Positions 7,461 through 16,678 of a DNA stretch of 32,000 nucleotides are shown here, in pieces. Position 1 is the first letter of the stretch. Each line of letters opens with the position of its first letter. A program made the position numbers and the translations under genes. Below the pieces are notes generated by a model. That model saw only the letters and a program-made list of their open reading frames with translations, ran no database searches and had not been told where the DNA came from. This stretch comes from Clostridia bacterium (lineage in GTDB: Bacteria > Bacillota > Clostridia > Christensenellales > Aristaeellaceae), in assembly GCA_017396845.1 (NCBI GenBank), contig JAFQKQ010000005.1, positions 14,154-46,153 on the forward strand, in the 5' to 3' direction.

Positions 7461-9393
7461 ACTTTTTCGCCTTTTTTTCTACGACTTCCTTGATGAGGGC
7501 AGCGAAAGCATCGAAGCTTATGGCGCCGATGTCGCCGTCTGCGCGGTGGCGCACGGAAACGGTGTTCTCCGCCATGTCGCGGTCGCCTACGATCAGCATG
7601 TAGGGAATCTTCTCCATCTGCGCATCGCGGATTTTCTTGCCGATCTTATTACCGGTGATATCGGCTTCTGCACGGAAACCGAGGGCTTCGAGCTTTTTCT
7701 TAAGCTCAATCGCATAATCGGCGGCGCGGTCGGTTACGGAAAGGATTCTCACCTGCTCGGGCGACATCCAGGTGGGCAGCGCGCCGGCGTAGGTTTCAAT
7801 GAGGTATGCAAGCGTGCGCTCGTAGCAGCCGAGGCTGGTGCGGTGGATGATATAGGGCAGCTTCTTTTCGCCGTTCTCGTCGATATAGTACATACCGAAG
7901 CGCTCAGCAAGCAGCATATCAATCTGAAGCGTTACGATGGTATCCTCTTTTCCGAACACGTTGTGATACTGAACATCGAGCTTCGGGCCGTAGAACGCGG
8001 CTTCGTCGATGCCGATTTCGTAGTTCACGCCGAGGTCGTCCAGAATATCCTTCATGATGGCCTGCGCGGTCTCCCACTGCTCCCTGGTGCCCTCATACTT
8101 GTTCTTCGGGTTCTCGGGATCCCACTGAGAAAAGCGGAAGGTGCACTTATCAAGCATGCCTACGGTTTCAAGCATATACTTTGCAAGCTCCAGGCAGCCC
8201 TTGAATTCCTCTGCCAGCTGATCGGGGCGCAAAACGAGGTGGCCTTCGGAGATGGTGAATTGGCGCACGCGGATCAGGCCGTGCATTTCGCCGGAATCCT
8301 CATTGCGGAACAGCGTCGAGGTTTCGCCCAGGCGCATCGGAAGCTCTCTGTAGCTCCTCTGGCGGTTCAGGTATACCTGATACTGGAAGGGGCAGGTCAT
8401 CGGGCGAAGGGCGAAGCACTCCTTGGTCTCGTCATAGGGATCGCCCAGAATGAACATGCCGTCCAGATAATGATCCCAATGGCCGGAGATGCGGTACAGA
8501 TCGCGCTTGGCCATGAGCGGGGTCTTTGTAAGCAGGTAGCCCGCTTTCTGCTCGGTATCCTCTACCCAGCGCTGAAGCAGCTGAATGACTCTTGCGCCCT
8601 TGGGAAGCAGAATCGGAAGGCCCTGACCGATGGAATCAACGGTCGTGAAGTATTCAAGCTCTCGTCCGAGCTTATTATGGTCGCGCTTGAGCGCGTCTTC
8701 ACGGGCGGCGACATATGCATCCAGCTCTTCCTTGGTCGCAAAGGCCGTTGCATAGATGCGCTGAAGCATCTTATTCTTTTCGCTTCCGCGCCAGTACGCG
8801 CCTGCGATGCTCATAAGCTTTACAGCCTTGATTTTTCCAAGGCTCGGAAGATGCGGACCGGCACACAGATCCACAAAGCCTTCCTGCTTATAGAAAGAAA
8901 TCGCTTCGCCCTCGGGGAGTTCATTGATCAGCTCTACCTTGTAGGGCTCATCCTTCATCAGCGCCAGCGCTTCCTCGCGGGGCAGCTCGAAGCGCTCCAT
9001 GCGGCTGTTCTTTTTGATGATCTTGGTCATTTCCTTTTCCACCTGGTTAAGGAAATCCGTGGTGAAGGGCTCGTCTACGTCAAAATCGTAGTAGAAGCCG
9101 TTGTCGATCGCGGGGCCGATGGCGAGCTTGACGTTCGGGCGAAGGTTCTTAACTGCCTGCGCGAGAACATGGCTGGCGGAGTGGCGAAGCACGCGAAGAC
9201 CTTCTGCGTCGGCGCCGGTCAGAATTTCAATCGCCGCATCCTCATTTACGGGCGCAGCCAGATCGGTCACTGCGCCGTTTACTTTTACGGCCAGCGCTGT
9301 CTTTTTTAGCTCCTTATCGATTTCGCCGATCATATCGAGCGAGTTGGTTCCGTTTTCAAACTCCCATACTTTGTCCTGAAACGTAATTTTCAT
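7459..9393 (-). CDS. thrS: Threonine--tRNA ligase
   Basis: About 644 aa with the TGS/editing/class II core/anticodon-binding architecture (MKITFQDK..., HSASHVLAQAV, RPMTCP, FRNEDSGEMHGLIRVRQF...). The ORF track extends to 9492, but ATG 9393 has the SD AGGAGGAA 8 nt upstream, and the extension runs through the T-box terminator. Confidence 0.97.
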   Translation of the reverse strand: MKITFQDKVWEFENGTNSLDMIGEIDKELKKTALAVKVNGAVTDLAAPVNEDAAIEILTGADAEGLRVLRHSASHVLAQAVKNLRPNVKLAIGPAIDNGFYYDFDVDEPFTTDFLNQVEKEMTKIIKKNSRMERFELPREEALALMKDEPYKVELINELPEGEAISFYKQEGFVDLCAGPHLPSLGKIKAVKLMSIAGAYWRGSEKNKMLQRIYATAFATKEELDAYVAAREDALKRDHNKLGRELEYFTTVDSIGQGLPILLPKGARVIQLLQRWVEDTEQKAGYLLTKTPLMAKRDLYRISGHWDHYLDGMFILGDPYDETKECFALRPMTCPFQYQVYLNRQRSYRELPMRLGETSTLFRNEDSGEMHGLIRVRQFTISEGHLVLRPDQLAEEFKGCLELAKYMLETVGMLDKCTFRFSQWDPENPKNKYEGTREQWETAQAIMKDILDDLGVNYEIGIDEAAFYGPKLDVQYHNVFGKEDTIVTLQIDMLLAERFGMYYIDENGEKKLPYIIHRTSLGCYERTLAYLIETYAGALPTWMSPEQVRILSVTDRAADYAIELKKKLEALGFRAEADITGNKIGKKIRDAQMEKIPYMLIVGDRDMAENTVSVRHRADGDIGAISFDAFAALIKEVVEKKAKK

Positions 9394-9414
9394 TGCTGCT
9401 TTCCTCCTGTCCAA

Positions 9415-9653
9415 ATCATGAAAAAACGCCCGTCCCCTCATGGTATATGAAGGGACGAGCGGTATGCCCGTGGTTCCACCCAACTGACGCACAAAAAATC
9501 ATGCGCCGCTTATTGAGGGCTGTATCGCGCCCAAAACGCCTGCAATCGGGAGGCGGTGCGTCCGTCTCGGGTGTGCTGCGCGCGCTTTCAGCCCATGGCG
9601 CGCGCTCTCTTGAGCGCCTTTGAGGGGACAAATCTCCGTCATCTTGTCGGTTG
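9415..9653 (-). promoter_or_regulatory. T-box leader (tRNA-Thr sensing riboswitch) of thrS, with intrinsic terminator/antiterminator
   Basis: Seen on the minus strand: K-turn GAUGA..GGAG paired with CUCC..GA, an AGAGA bulge, and a distal loop GGGCUGAAA. A candidate specifier ACC (9555-9557) is followed by G immediately 5' of the closing CUCC. The conserved T-box GGGUGGAACCACG is at 9469-9481. The terminator stem (9427-9461) is followed by UUUUUU. Confidence 0.85.
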
Positions 9654-9659
9654 AAAGGG

Positions 9660-9688
9660 ATTATACGCCTCACATGCCCAAATGTCAA
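9660..9688 (-). promoter_or_regulatory. Consensus sigma-A promoter driving the thrS T-box leader
   Basis: On the minus strand: TTGACA (9683-9688), 17-nt spacer, TATAAT (9660-9665). Confidence 0.7.
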
Positions 9689-9729
9689 GCGTCTGATTGT
9701 AAAATAGGCATATCGCCCCTTCGGCCTGT

Positions 9730-10461
9730 TCAGATTTCATCGGTCATGCCGTCATAGCATACGGTAATTCCGCTTCCGAGCTTCCATTCAGTTTCTTCCA
9801 GCGTTTTCTGATCGGCATGCAGCGTGCGGGCAAGATGCGTAACGAAAACGTGTCCATCTTCCCTGAGCGCGCCCATCAGCACAAGCGCCTTTTTCATATC
9901 GCGCACCATAGTAAGCGTATTGTGCTCAAACACGCGCCAGTCGTTCGGAAAATCGTCGCCCACGGTTCCGTCGAATACGATCGCGTCCAGAGGCGCATTT
10001 TCACGAATCGCATGATACGTCCGATTCGTAAGCCACGCGCCGTCGGTCGCATAGAGCAGCTTTTTTTCATCAGTCATAATCAGGTAGTTTAACGGCTGTT
10101 CGTCGTTTCTGCCCGTTGAATGATTCGATGGGAGCGGTATAATCGTATATCCCGCTTCTTCAAAGGGAACTCCAGGAATCAGAGGAAGCGCATTCGCATC
10201 CGCCGCCCAGCTTTTTTCCGCATATGCCTTCTTCGGCTGTATTTTCCTTTGGAAGTCGGCGTCAAAGTGATCCCTGTGGCTGTGCGTATAGAGCATGCAT
10301 TCGACCGAGCCGAGGAAAGAGAGCTGATCCTGAATCATCGCCGTTCCATCGATCAGAAGCTTTCCGTCGATCAGCGTAGAGGTATACCTTCGAAACCCCG
10401 GCATATTCCGGTGCATTTCGCCCCAGTCCGCCGCGCCCGTTCCAAGAAACGTGAGCTTCAT
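9730..10461 (-). CDS. MBL-fold metallo-hydrolase
   Basis: 243 aa. MKLTFLGTGAA start and the HSHRDHFD (HxHxDH) metal motif. SD GAGGTGA. It starts 12 nt downstream of the GH35 stop, so it is probably co-transcribed. Confidence 0.8.
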   Translation of the reverse strand: MKLTFLGTGAADWGEMHRNMPGFRRYTSTLIDGKLLIDGTAMIQDQLSFLGSVECMLYTHSHRDHFDADFQRKIQPKKAYAEKSWAADANALPLIPGVPFEEAGYTIIPLPSNHSTGRNDEQPLNYLIMTDEKKLLYATDGAWLTNRTYHAIRENAPLDAIVFDGTVGDDFPNDWRVFEHNTLTMVRDMKKALVLMGALREDGHVFVTHLARTLHADQKTLEETEWKLGSGITVCYDGMTDEI

Positions 10462-10473
10462 ATTTCTTTCACC

Positions 10474-12228
10474 TCATCCGATATCCATCTCGTCGTCCAG
10501 TATGCATTCGGGCGAAGAAAAACCGTCCAGCTCCAGAACCTCGATGGTGTTTACGCCCTTTTTCATGAACGGTGCAGGCAGATACGCGCTTCTCTGGGGG
10601 CCTACCGACCAGTGGCGCGAAAGCGGCTTTCCGTTTATGAATATCATGCCCTTTTTAAAGCCGGGAAGCTTCACAAACGTATCCGTCGGCTCGTCGCCCG
10701 CGTCAAATTCGCCCTTCAGGAATACGGGGCTGCCGTTAAACGCCTTTACGCCGTCTTCGTACGCAAGCTTTGAAATATCGTCCATCGGGAGCGTCCATGC
10801 ATCCCATCCGTAGTGGAATTGCTGTCCCAGACGAATGCCCTCGGTAATGCCCTTGGGATCGCGAAGATACGGCCCGTAATTTATGCGCCCCATGTTTTCA
10901 ACCAGCACATCCAGCCGGATTCCCTCTTCAGGTACTTCAAGGCTGCATGCAGGCGCGGGATCGTTTCTGTACTGTATACCCAGGAATTTCCCGCCGGCAA
11001 AGATATGCGCGCGGTCGCGAACCTCCTGAAGGTTTATATTCAGATTCTCCCTGGGACCCTGTACGAAAGAAGAATAGAGTATAAAGCCGTAGCCCTGACC
11101 GAGCTTTTCCATCGGTACAGGCGCGGCGATGCGGTGCTTTTTTCCGAGCACATCCAGAGAATCAAACAGAGAAACGGACTTTGTAAACTGGACCTTTCCG
11201 TATTTTGCCTTCCTGCACGGCGCAAAATCCGCATCCTCAGGAACGGGCGCGTACTTTTTGACAACGTCTCTGAACAGCAGATACTTCTCGGTGATATCGC
11301 CGCATTCATTCAAAGGCGCGTCGTCGTCATAGCTGGAAACGGTCGGCTGGTAATTCAGCTTGTCCGGGCAGTTCGCGCCGTTCATGAATCCGAAATTCGT
11401 GCCGCCGTGGAACATATAGGCGGATACGGAGCCGCCCAGGGACAGAATCTCGTCAAGCGCATCCGCCGCCTCCTTGGGCAGTCTTGAATGATGCTCCTCC
11501 GTCCAGTGGTCAAACCAGCCGTTCCAGAATTCCGTGCACATGAGCGGGCCGTCCTTCTGGTATTTTCTGAGCGATTCAAACTGTGACTGTGCGCGGGAGC
11601 CGAAGTTTACGGTGGCATGCACCGAATCCATCGTGCCGCCGGTCAGCATGAAAAGCGCGTCGCCGTCGGAGGTAATCAGGGGAACATCCACGCCGCGGCC
11701 GATCATGCCTTTTTTCAGATACTCCAGATATTCATGATCGTCGCCGTAGCTTCCGTATTCGTTTTCCACCTGCATCAGTATTACATTTCCGCCCCTTGTG
11801 ATCTGGTGATCAATCAGGCGCGGGAATAATTTATCAAAGAACGCATCCACATGCTTAAGATATTTGGGATCCGCGCAGCGAAGGGCGCAGTCCTCCTTCA
11901 AAAGCCACCAGGGAAGCGCGCCGAATTCCCATTCCGAGCAGATATACGGTCCGGGGCGAACGATGGCCCAGAGCCCCAGTTCCTGTGCCAGGGATAAAAA
12001 CGCGCTTAAATCGAGCATGCCGTCAAATACAAACTCGTCCTCCGACGGCATATGGGCGTTCCACGCCACATACGTTTCCACCGTATTGAAGCCGCAGCTT
12101 TTAAGCTTCAGGAGCCTGTCGCGCCAGTACTCCCTTGGTACACGGAAATAGTGAATGGCGCCGGAGAGAATGCGGAAGGGTTCGCCGTTTAGCATAAAGC
12201 CGTCTTTTTCGATAGAGAAGGTCGCCAT
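10474..12228 (-). CDS. Glycoside hydrolase family 35 beta-galactosidase
   Basis: 584 aa. FRILSGAIHYFRVPREYWRDRLLKLKSCGFNTVETYVAWN, RPGPYICSEWEFGALPWWL and QVENEYGSYG are classic GH35 motifs. SD AGGAGG. Confidence 0.9.
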   Translation of the reverse strand: MATFSIEKDGFMLNGEPFRILSGAIHYFRVPREYWRDRLLKLKSCGFNTVETYVAWNAHMPSEDEFVFDGMLDLSAFLSLAQELGLWAIVRPGPYICSEWEFGALPWWLLKEDCALRCADPKYLKHVDAFFDKLFPRLIDHQITRGGNVILMQVENEYGSYGDDHEYLEYLKKGMIGRGVDVPLITSDGDALFMLTGGTMDSVHATVNFGSRAQSQFESLRKYQKDGPLMCTEFWNGWFDHWTEEHHSRLPKEAADALDEILSLGGSVSAYMFHGGTNFGFMNGANCPDKLNYQPTVSSYDDDAPLNECGDITEKYLLFRDVVKKYAPVPEDADFAPCRKAKYGKVQFTKSVSLFDSLDVLGKKHRIAAPVPMEKLGQGYGFILYSSFVQGPRENLNINLQEVRDRAHIFAGGKFLGIQYRNDPAPACSLEVPEEGIRLDVLVENMGRINYGPYLRDPKGITEGIRLGQQFHYGWDAWTLPMDDISKLAYEDGVKAFNGSPVFLKGEFDAGDEPTDTFVKLPGFKKGMIFINGKPLSRHWSVGPQRSAYLPAPFMKKGVNTIEVLELDGFSSPECILDDEMDIG

Positions 12229-12261
12229 TTGTTTCGCCTCCTTATGTACGTTCCTGCTGAA

Positions 12262-12290
12262 ATTATATCAGACCCCCGTCGCATGAGCAA
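12262..12290 (-). promoter_or_regulatory. Candidate sigma-A promoter for the GH35-MBL operon
   Basis: On the minus strand: TTGCTC (12285-12290), 17-nt spacer, TATAAT (12262-12267). Confidence 0.5.
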
Positions 12291-12371
12291 TATCATTATG
12301 CGAACGAAGGCAACAATTTTTTTCAATACCGCATAATCCAAAAAATTCAGTAAAAAATGTCATCCGAACTA

Positions 12372-12400
12372 TTGAAGAAATATGATTCTGGGTCTACAAT
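12372..12400 (+). promoter_or_regulatory. Candidate sigma-A promoter for the GH32-MATE unit
   Basis: TTGAAG (12372-12377), 17-nt spacer, TACAAT (12395-12400). Confidence 0.5.
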
Positions 12401-12431
12401 GGAAAAGAGATGAAGAAAGGGAGGCGGCCCA

Positions 12432-13502
12432 ATGCTTAAACGGCTTGAATATCATTTTGAACCGAAGACAGGCTGGATGAACGACCCGAACGGGCTTGTC
12501 TATTTTAACGGGCAGTATCATGCTTTTTTTCAGCATTATCCTTATAGACCCGTCTGGGGGCAGATGCACTGGGGGCACGCGACGTCTGACGATCTGATTT
12601 CCTGGCAGGAAATGCCCATTGCGCTCTTTCCGGATCAGGAATACGAGGACGAGGGCGGCTGCTTTTCGGGAAGCGCCATTGTGAAGGACGACTGCCTGTA
12701 TCTGTTTTATACATCCGTTTCCAAAAGGCTGGGACAGACGCAGTCCGTCGCAATGACCCGCGACGGAAAGACCTTCGAAAAGTATTCGGGTAACCCCGTA
12801 ATCCGATCTTACCCCGATGACGGAAGCGCGGATTTCCGCGATCCGAAGGTAATCCCCTATAAAGATGAATACCGGATGGTGGTGGGCTCCGGAAAGGACG
12901 GAGAGGGGCGCGTACTTCTGTACCGCTCGACCGACCTTTTGCACTGGTCGTACATGGGCGTTTTGTTTCGGGACGCTTCCCTTACCACCGTCATGGAATG
13001 CCCGGATTTTTTCCCGCTCGGCGATGAATACGTATTGATGTTTTCGAAGATGGGGCTGATCGAACGCTCGACGCAGTTTGTTGCGGGCGCCTTTGACGGC
13101 GAGAGGTTTATCGAGAGAACGCGGTTTGAAGTGGAAATCGGTCCGGACTTTTATGCGCCGCAGACGTTTTTAGCAAAGGACGGACGCAGAATCATCATCG
13201 GCTGGCTGTACAACTGGAAAAGAGAATTGGACGAGGGGGCTTCCTACGCGGGCGCTTTGTCCCTGCCAAGGGAGCTTACCATGGAAAACGGCAGACTTTA
13301 TACGCGTCCCGTAAAAGAGGCGTATCCCCTTTTAAAACCATCGGACATAAGTGTTCGGATTTCGGGAACAAAGGTAATCGTTTCCGGCAAATATGAGTTT
13401 GATACTTTCTCTCCCATCCGCTCCGTTTCCATCCTTAAGGACACAAAAACCGTTGAAGTGTTTGTAAACGGCGGCGAATGCGCGGTTTCAAAGTGGTTTT
13501 AG
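12432..13502 (+). CDS. Glycoside hydrolase family 32 (beta-fructofuranosidase / sucrose-6-phosphate hydrolase-like), unusually short
   Basis: WMNDPNG nucleophile motif, FRDPKV (RDP) and MECPDFF (EC) motifs. Only 356 aa, with about 55 aa after the propeller. Confidence 0.85.
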   Translation: MLKRLEYHFEPKTGWMNDPNGLVYFNGQYHAFFQHYPYRPVWGQMHWGHATSDDLISWQEMPIALFPDQEYEDEGGCFSGSAIVKDDCLYLFYTSVSKRLGQTQSVAMTRDGKTFEKYSGNPVIRSYPDDGSADFRDPKVIPYKDEYRMVVGSGKDGEGRVLLYRSTDLLHWSYMGVLFRDASLTTVMECPDFFPLGDEYVLMFSKMGLIERSTQFVAGAFDGERFIERTRFEVEIGPDFYAPQTFLAKDGRRIIIGWLYNWKRELDEGASYAGALSLPRELTMENGRLYTRPVKEAYPLLKPSDISVRISGTKVIVSGKYEFDTFSPIRSVSILKDTKTVEVFVNGGECAVSKWF

Positions 13503-13520
13503 TACATCGGAGGCATATAA

Positions 13521-14942
13521 ATGAACGGATTAAAGAAACTGATCCGGCGTTTGTTCACGATCAAAAATATCAAATGGACGGGCGAAAGAATTCCGGATAA
13601 CGAGCTGTATCGGAAAGCACTTTCCATCGCGATTCCGGCGACCGTCGAAGGCGCGCTGTTGAGCATTATCAGCTCCATCGACACCATGATGGTCGGCACC
13701 ATCAGCCCGGCGGCGATTACGGCGGTCGGACTTACGTCGCAGCCCCGTATGATCCTTTTGATTATCGCACAGGCGCTTTGCGTGGGAACCACGGCGCTCG
13801 TCGCCCGGCGAAAGGGCGCAAACGACCAAAGGGGCGCAAACTCCGTGCTTGCGCAGTCGATGCTGCTGATCACCATTGTCGGAATCATTATTTCTCTCGT
13901 CGGCCACTTCTTTGCCGAGCAGATCATGTGGATTGCGGGCGCAAAGGAAGAAACCATCGGCATGGCGACGGAATATTTTCAGATTATCGCCTCCTGCCTG
14001 ATCTTCAACTGCTGGTCACTGTGCCTGTGCGCCGCTATGCGAGCCATCGGGCAAACGAAGATCACCATGGTAACAAACATCGCAGCCAATCTCGTAAACG
14101 TATTTCTGAACTACTGTCTGATCGGCGGAAAACTCGGCTTTCCGCAGTTGGGCGTAAAAGGCGCCGCGATTGCGACGGCGGCGGGCACGGTGGTTTCCTG
14201 CATAATCGCATTTGCATTTGCGCTTCGAAAAGACGGCTACATCCGCTATCAGCCCCGCCTTGCAAAGTTTGACAAGCAGACCATGCATGGACTCATGCGC
14301 GTAGGCTCCTCCTCCATGGCGGAAAGTGCGTTTCTGCGCCTCGGATTTTTCATCAACGCCCGCTTAATCGCCGATATCGGTGTAAACCAGTTTGCTGCCT
14401 ATCAGATCGTTCAGCAGGTTACGATGCTCTCCTTCACGCTGGGCGACGGCGTAAGCACCGCAGGCGCAACGCTGGTAGGGCAATCGCTGGGCGCAAAGCG
14501 CAAGGACGGCGCGATGGCGTATGTGCGCACATGCCGGAAGATATCCCTGGTCGCGTCGATTCTGTTGATGATCGGCATATTTTTTGCAAGGCGAAATCTG
14601 GCGGCGCTCTTCACAAACGACAAAGCCATTATCACGGGCGCATCCGTCGCGTTTATCGTCGTAATATTCGGAATTATCTCTCAGAACGGACGAGTGGTAT
14701 TCTCGGGCTGCCTTCGCGGCGCGGGCGACGTAAAATATGTTGCCGTATGCGCGCTTTTAAGCGTTACCGTCATTCGCCCCATACTCACCTACATCTTCTG
14801 CTATCCGGCAAACCGCCTTTTCCCGAATGCGTTTTTTGATGTTACGGGCCCATGGATCGCCTTTGTATTGGACGCATGGATCCGTGAAGCGCTTCTTAAA
14901 AAGCGCGTAAACAGCGGAAAATTTCTGGATATCCGGCTGTAA
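13521..14942 (+). CDS. MATE family efflux transporter
   Basis: 473 aa, about 12 predicted hydrophobic helices. The N-terminal LSIAIPATVEGALLSIISSIDTMMVG and internal-duplication pattern are typical of MATE/NorM-like pumps. SD GGAGG. Confidence 0.85.
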   Translation: MNGLKKLIRRLFTIKNIKWTGERIPDNELYRKALSIAIPATVEGALLSIISSIDTMMVGTISPAAITAVGLTSQPRMILLIIAQALCVGTTALVARRKGANDQRGANSVLAQSMLLITIVGIIISLVGHFFAEQIMWIAGAKEETIGMATEYFQIIASCLIFNCWSLCLCAAMRAIGQTKITMVTNIAANLVNVFLNYCLIGGKLGFPQLGVKGAAIATAAGTVVSCIIAFAFALRKDGYIRYQPRLAKFDKQTMHGLMRVGSSSMAESAFLRLGFFINARLIADIGVNQFAAYQIVQQVTMLSFTLGDGVSTAGATLVGQSLGAKRKDGAMAYVRTCRKISLVASILLMIGIFFARRNLAALFTNDKAIITGASVAFIVVIFGIISQNGRVVFSGCLRGAGDVKYVAVCALLSVTVIRPILTYIFCYPANRLFPNAFFDVTGPWIAFVLDAWIREALLKKRVNSGKFLDIRL

Positions 14943-14959
14943 TCCGGCTTTTATTCAAG

Positions 14960-15004
14960 TCGCTCCGATAGACCGCTCATTGCGCGTGATCGGAGCGATT
15001 TTTG
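14960..15004 (+). terminator. Rho-independent terminator after the MATE gene
   Basis: TCGCTCCGAT ... ATCGGAGCGA stem followed by TTTTT. Confidence 0.7.
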
Positions 15005-15372
15005 CCCGTTCGCAGCGTCGTGCTCCAGAACAGAGCGAAGGGGACCGGCGCGCAGGCGCTCTGCAGCGGCGTAAACCTTTAGGCTGCGGATATCTGTATC
15101 GAAAACTTTCTTCTGTTTGAAGGCGAAGAATTCGAATGGAGCTTCACACTTATAAACGAAGACGAGGATTGCCCGTTCCATCCCTATATCAGCGATTGGG
15201 CGATTCCAACGCAAGAAAACTCTTCGCTTACGCAAACAGTGATACGCTTGAAAGCTATGATTTCGCAGGCACAGCGCATTTTGGCGATCGCCTCCTTTAT
15301 GAGCGCACGATCACCGCAACGATGCCGGAAGCGCCCGAAGACCTGCCACCGGAATCATCGGCGCAGTCTGCG

Positions 15373-15406
15373 CAAAAAACATCCACTCCCGGCGGGTGGA
15401 TGTTTT
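15373..15406 (-). terminator. Rho-independent terminator of the azlCD operon (minus strand)
   Basis: On the minus strand: ACATCCAC-ccgccggga-GTGGATGT followed by TTTTTT. It lies about 60 nt downstream of the azlD stop. Confidence 0.7.
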
Positions 15407-15467
15407 GCACGGCTGCTTTTACGGCAAAATATAAGGCTGATTCGGTTTGAGCCGTTTTTATGGGCGC

Positions 15468-15785
15468 TTAAATGAACACTATGATAAGATCGGTTATGAA
15501 TGCTGCGGCGCAGGCGGCGATGGCGACGGTGAGCAGGGATTTTTTCATAAGGCCGAGCACGGTCGCGGCCAGGAAGCCTGCGCATGCGGAGAAGATGGAG
15601 CCGGTGGAAGAGAATATCGCGGGAATGGTCATGGCGGATAACACGGCGTAGGGCATGTAATACAGAAGGCTTCGAATAAAGCGCGATTGGATCCGCCGCC
15701 TAAACAGTACGAACGGAACGGCGCGGATGAAATAGGTGACCAGCGCCATTACGAGAATATATACCCAGATCGGAATCGTATTCAT
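15468..15785 (-). CDS. azlD: Branched-chain amino acid transport protein AzlD
   Basis: A 105-aa small hydrophobic protein (MNTIPIWVYILVMALVTYFIRAVPFVLF...). There is a 4-nt ATGA overlap with azlC upstream. Confidence 0.85.
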   Translation of the reverse strand: MNTIPIWVYILVMALVTYFIRAVPFVLFRRRIQSRFIRSLLYYMPYAVLSAMTIPAIFSSTGSIFSACAGFLAATVLGLMKKSLLTVAIAACAAAFITDLIIVFI

Positions 15786-16516
15786 GCGTTTTCTTCTCCT
15801 TCCTGAATTTCATCCTTTACAGGGAAGAAAAGCGCAGCCAGTACGGATGCGATGATCGCCGAAATAACGATGGAAAAGCCTGTTGAAATAAACGAAAGCA
15901 TGGGAAGATACGCAATCAGTACGCTGATCAGCGCGGAGGCGATGACGGCGATCGCAATCGGATGATTGCCGGTGGAGGGCGGGAGTATGATGGCTAAAAA
16001 CATGGCGTACAGCGCGATGCCCATGGCGTCCTGAACGCTTGCGGGCAGTATGTTTCCTGCCACCGCACCGGAAAATGTACCGACGACCCAGCCGATGATC
16101 GGAAGCAGCATCAGCCCATAAAAGTATTTGGGGCGGATATGCTCCTTTTGAGAGGCGGCGACTGCAAATATTTCATCGGTCATTGCAAATGCACACAGCA
16201 TTCTCTGAGGCGTTTTAAATGTATTTTCCAGCTTCTGGGTAAGCGAAATGCTCATCAGCGCATAACGGATGTTGATGATAAATTCCGCGATAATGAGCTC
16301 GATCAAGGGGCCGTGTTCAAGGATAATTTTGAGACCTGCCAGCTGCCCGGCGCTGGTGACGTTGGTAAGAGACAGAAGAGCGGCTGTGACGGAGGGAAGG
16401 TTTCCGGCGGCGGCCTGTATGCCGAAGCCGAAGGATACCGAAAAATATCCGAGCGCGATGGGGATTCCGTCCAAGAGCCCCTTATAAAATGTAAGTCTGG
16501 GTGGAGACGTATTCAT
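15782..16516 (-). CDS. azlC: AzlC family branched-chain amino acid permease component
   Basis: A 244-aa polytopic membrane protein. The GLLDGIPIALGYFSVSFGFG region is typical of AzlC, and it is paired with azlD. Confidence 0.85.
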   Translation of the reverse strand: MNTSPPRLTFYKGLLDGIPIALGYFSVSFGFGIQAAAGNLPSVTAALLSLTNVTSAGQLAGLKIILEHGPLIELIIAEFIINIRYALMSISLTQKLENTFKTPQRMLCAFAMTDEIFAVAASQKEHIRPKYFYGLMLLPIIGWVVGTFSGAVAGNILPASVQDAMGIALYAMFLAIILPPSTGNHPIAIAVIASALISVLIAYLPMLSFISTGFSIVISAIIASVLAALFFPVKDEIQEGEENA

Positions 16517-16678
16517 GCATTAAAATACCTTTCGTATGGTGTAATAAGCATTATAGCGCTGATAAGCGGTTTTCGCTATGTGAACATTGTAAAGGTTCCT
16601 TTGGGAATTTGGGATTTTCATTATTGAAAAGCTGTGGTATAATAATGAATATCAATGGAATGAATGGGGAGAAGCAAT

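Noticed and set aside
7546-9309. 587-aa ORF on the plus strand
   Set aside because: It is antisense to thrS, with no recognisable motifs. It is a shadow ORF.
9393-9688. ORFs 9393-9623 (+) and 9416-9688 (-), plus the N-terminal extension of the thrS ORF to 9492
   Set aside because: This region is the thrS promoter, T-box leader and terminator. The thrS ATG at 9393 has a proper SD, whereas the extension would be translated through the terminator hairpin.
10120-11487. Plus-strand ORFs of 217 aa, 120 aa and 224 aa
   Set aside because: They are antisense to the MBL hydrolase and GH35 genes and have no motifs. They are shadow ORFs.
12369-12944. 191-aa minus-strand ORF
   Set aside because: It is antisense to the GH32 gene, which carries the WMNDPNG/RDP/EC motifs, and it spans the GH32 promoter.
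15136-15450. 104-aa plus-strand ORF (and the 94-aa minus-strand ORF at 14951-15235) as intact genes
   Set aside because: The plus-strand ORF has no SD and reads through the azlCD terminator hairpin (15373-15406). The minus-strand ORF reads through the MATE terminator and is Arg-rich. I treat this only as a possible gene relic (see findings).
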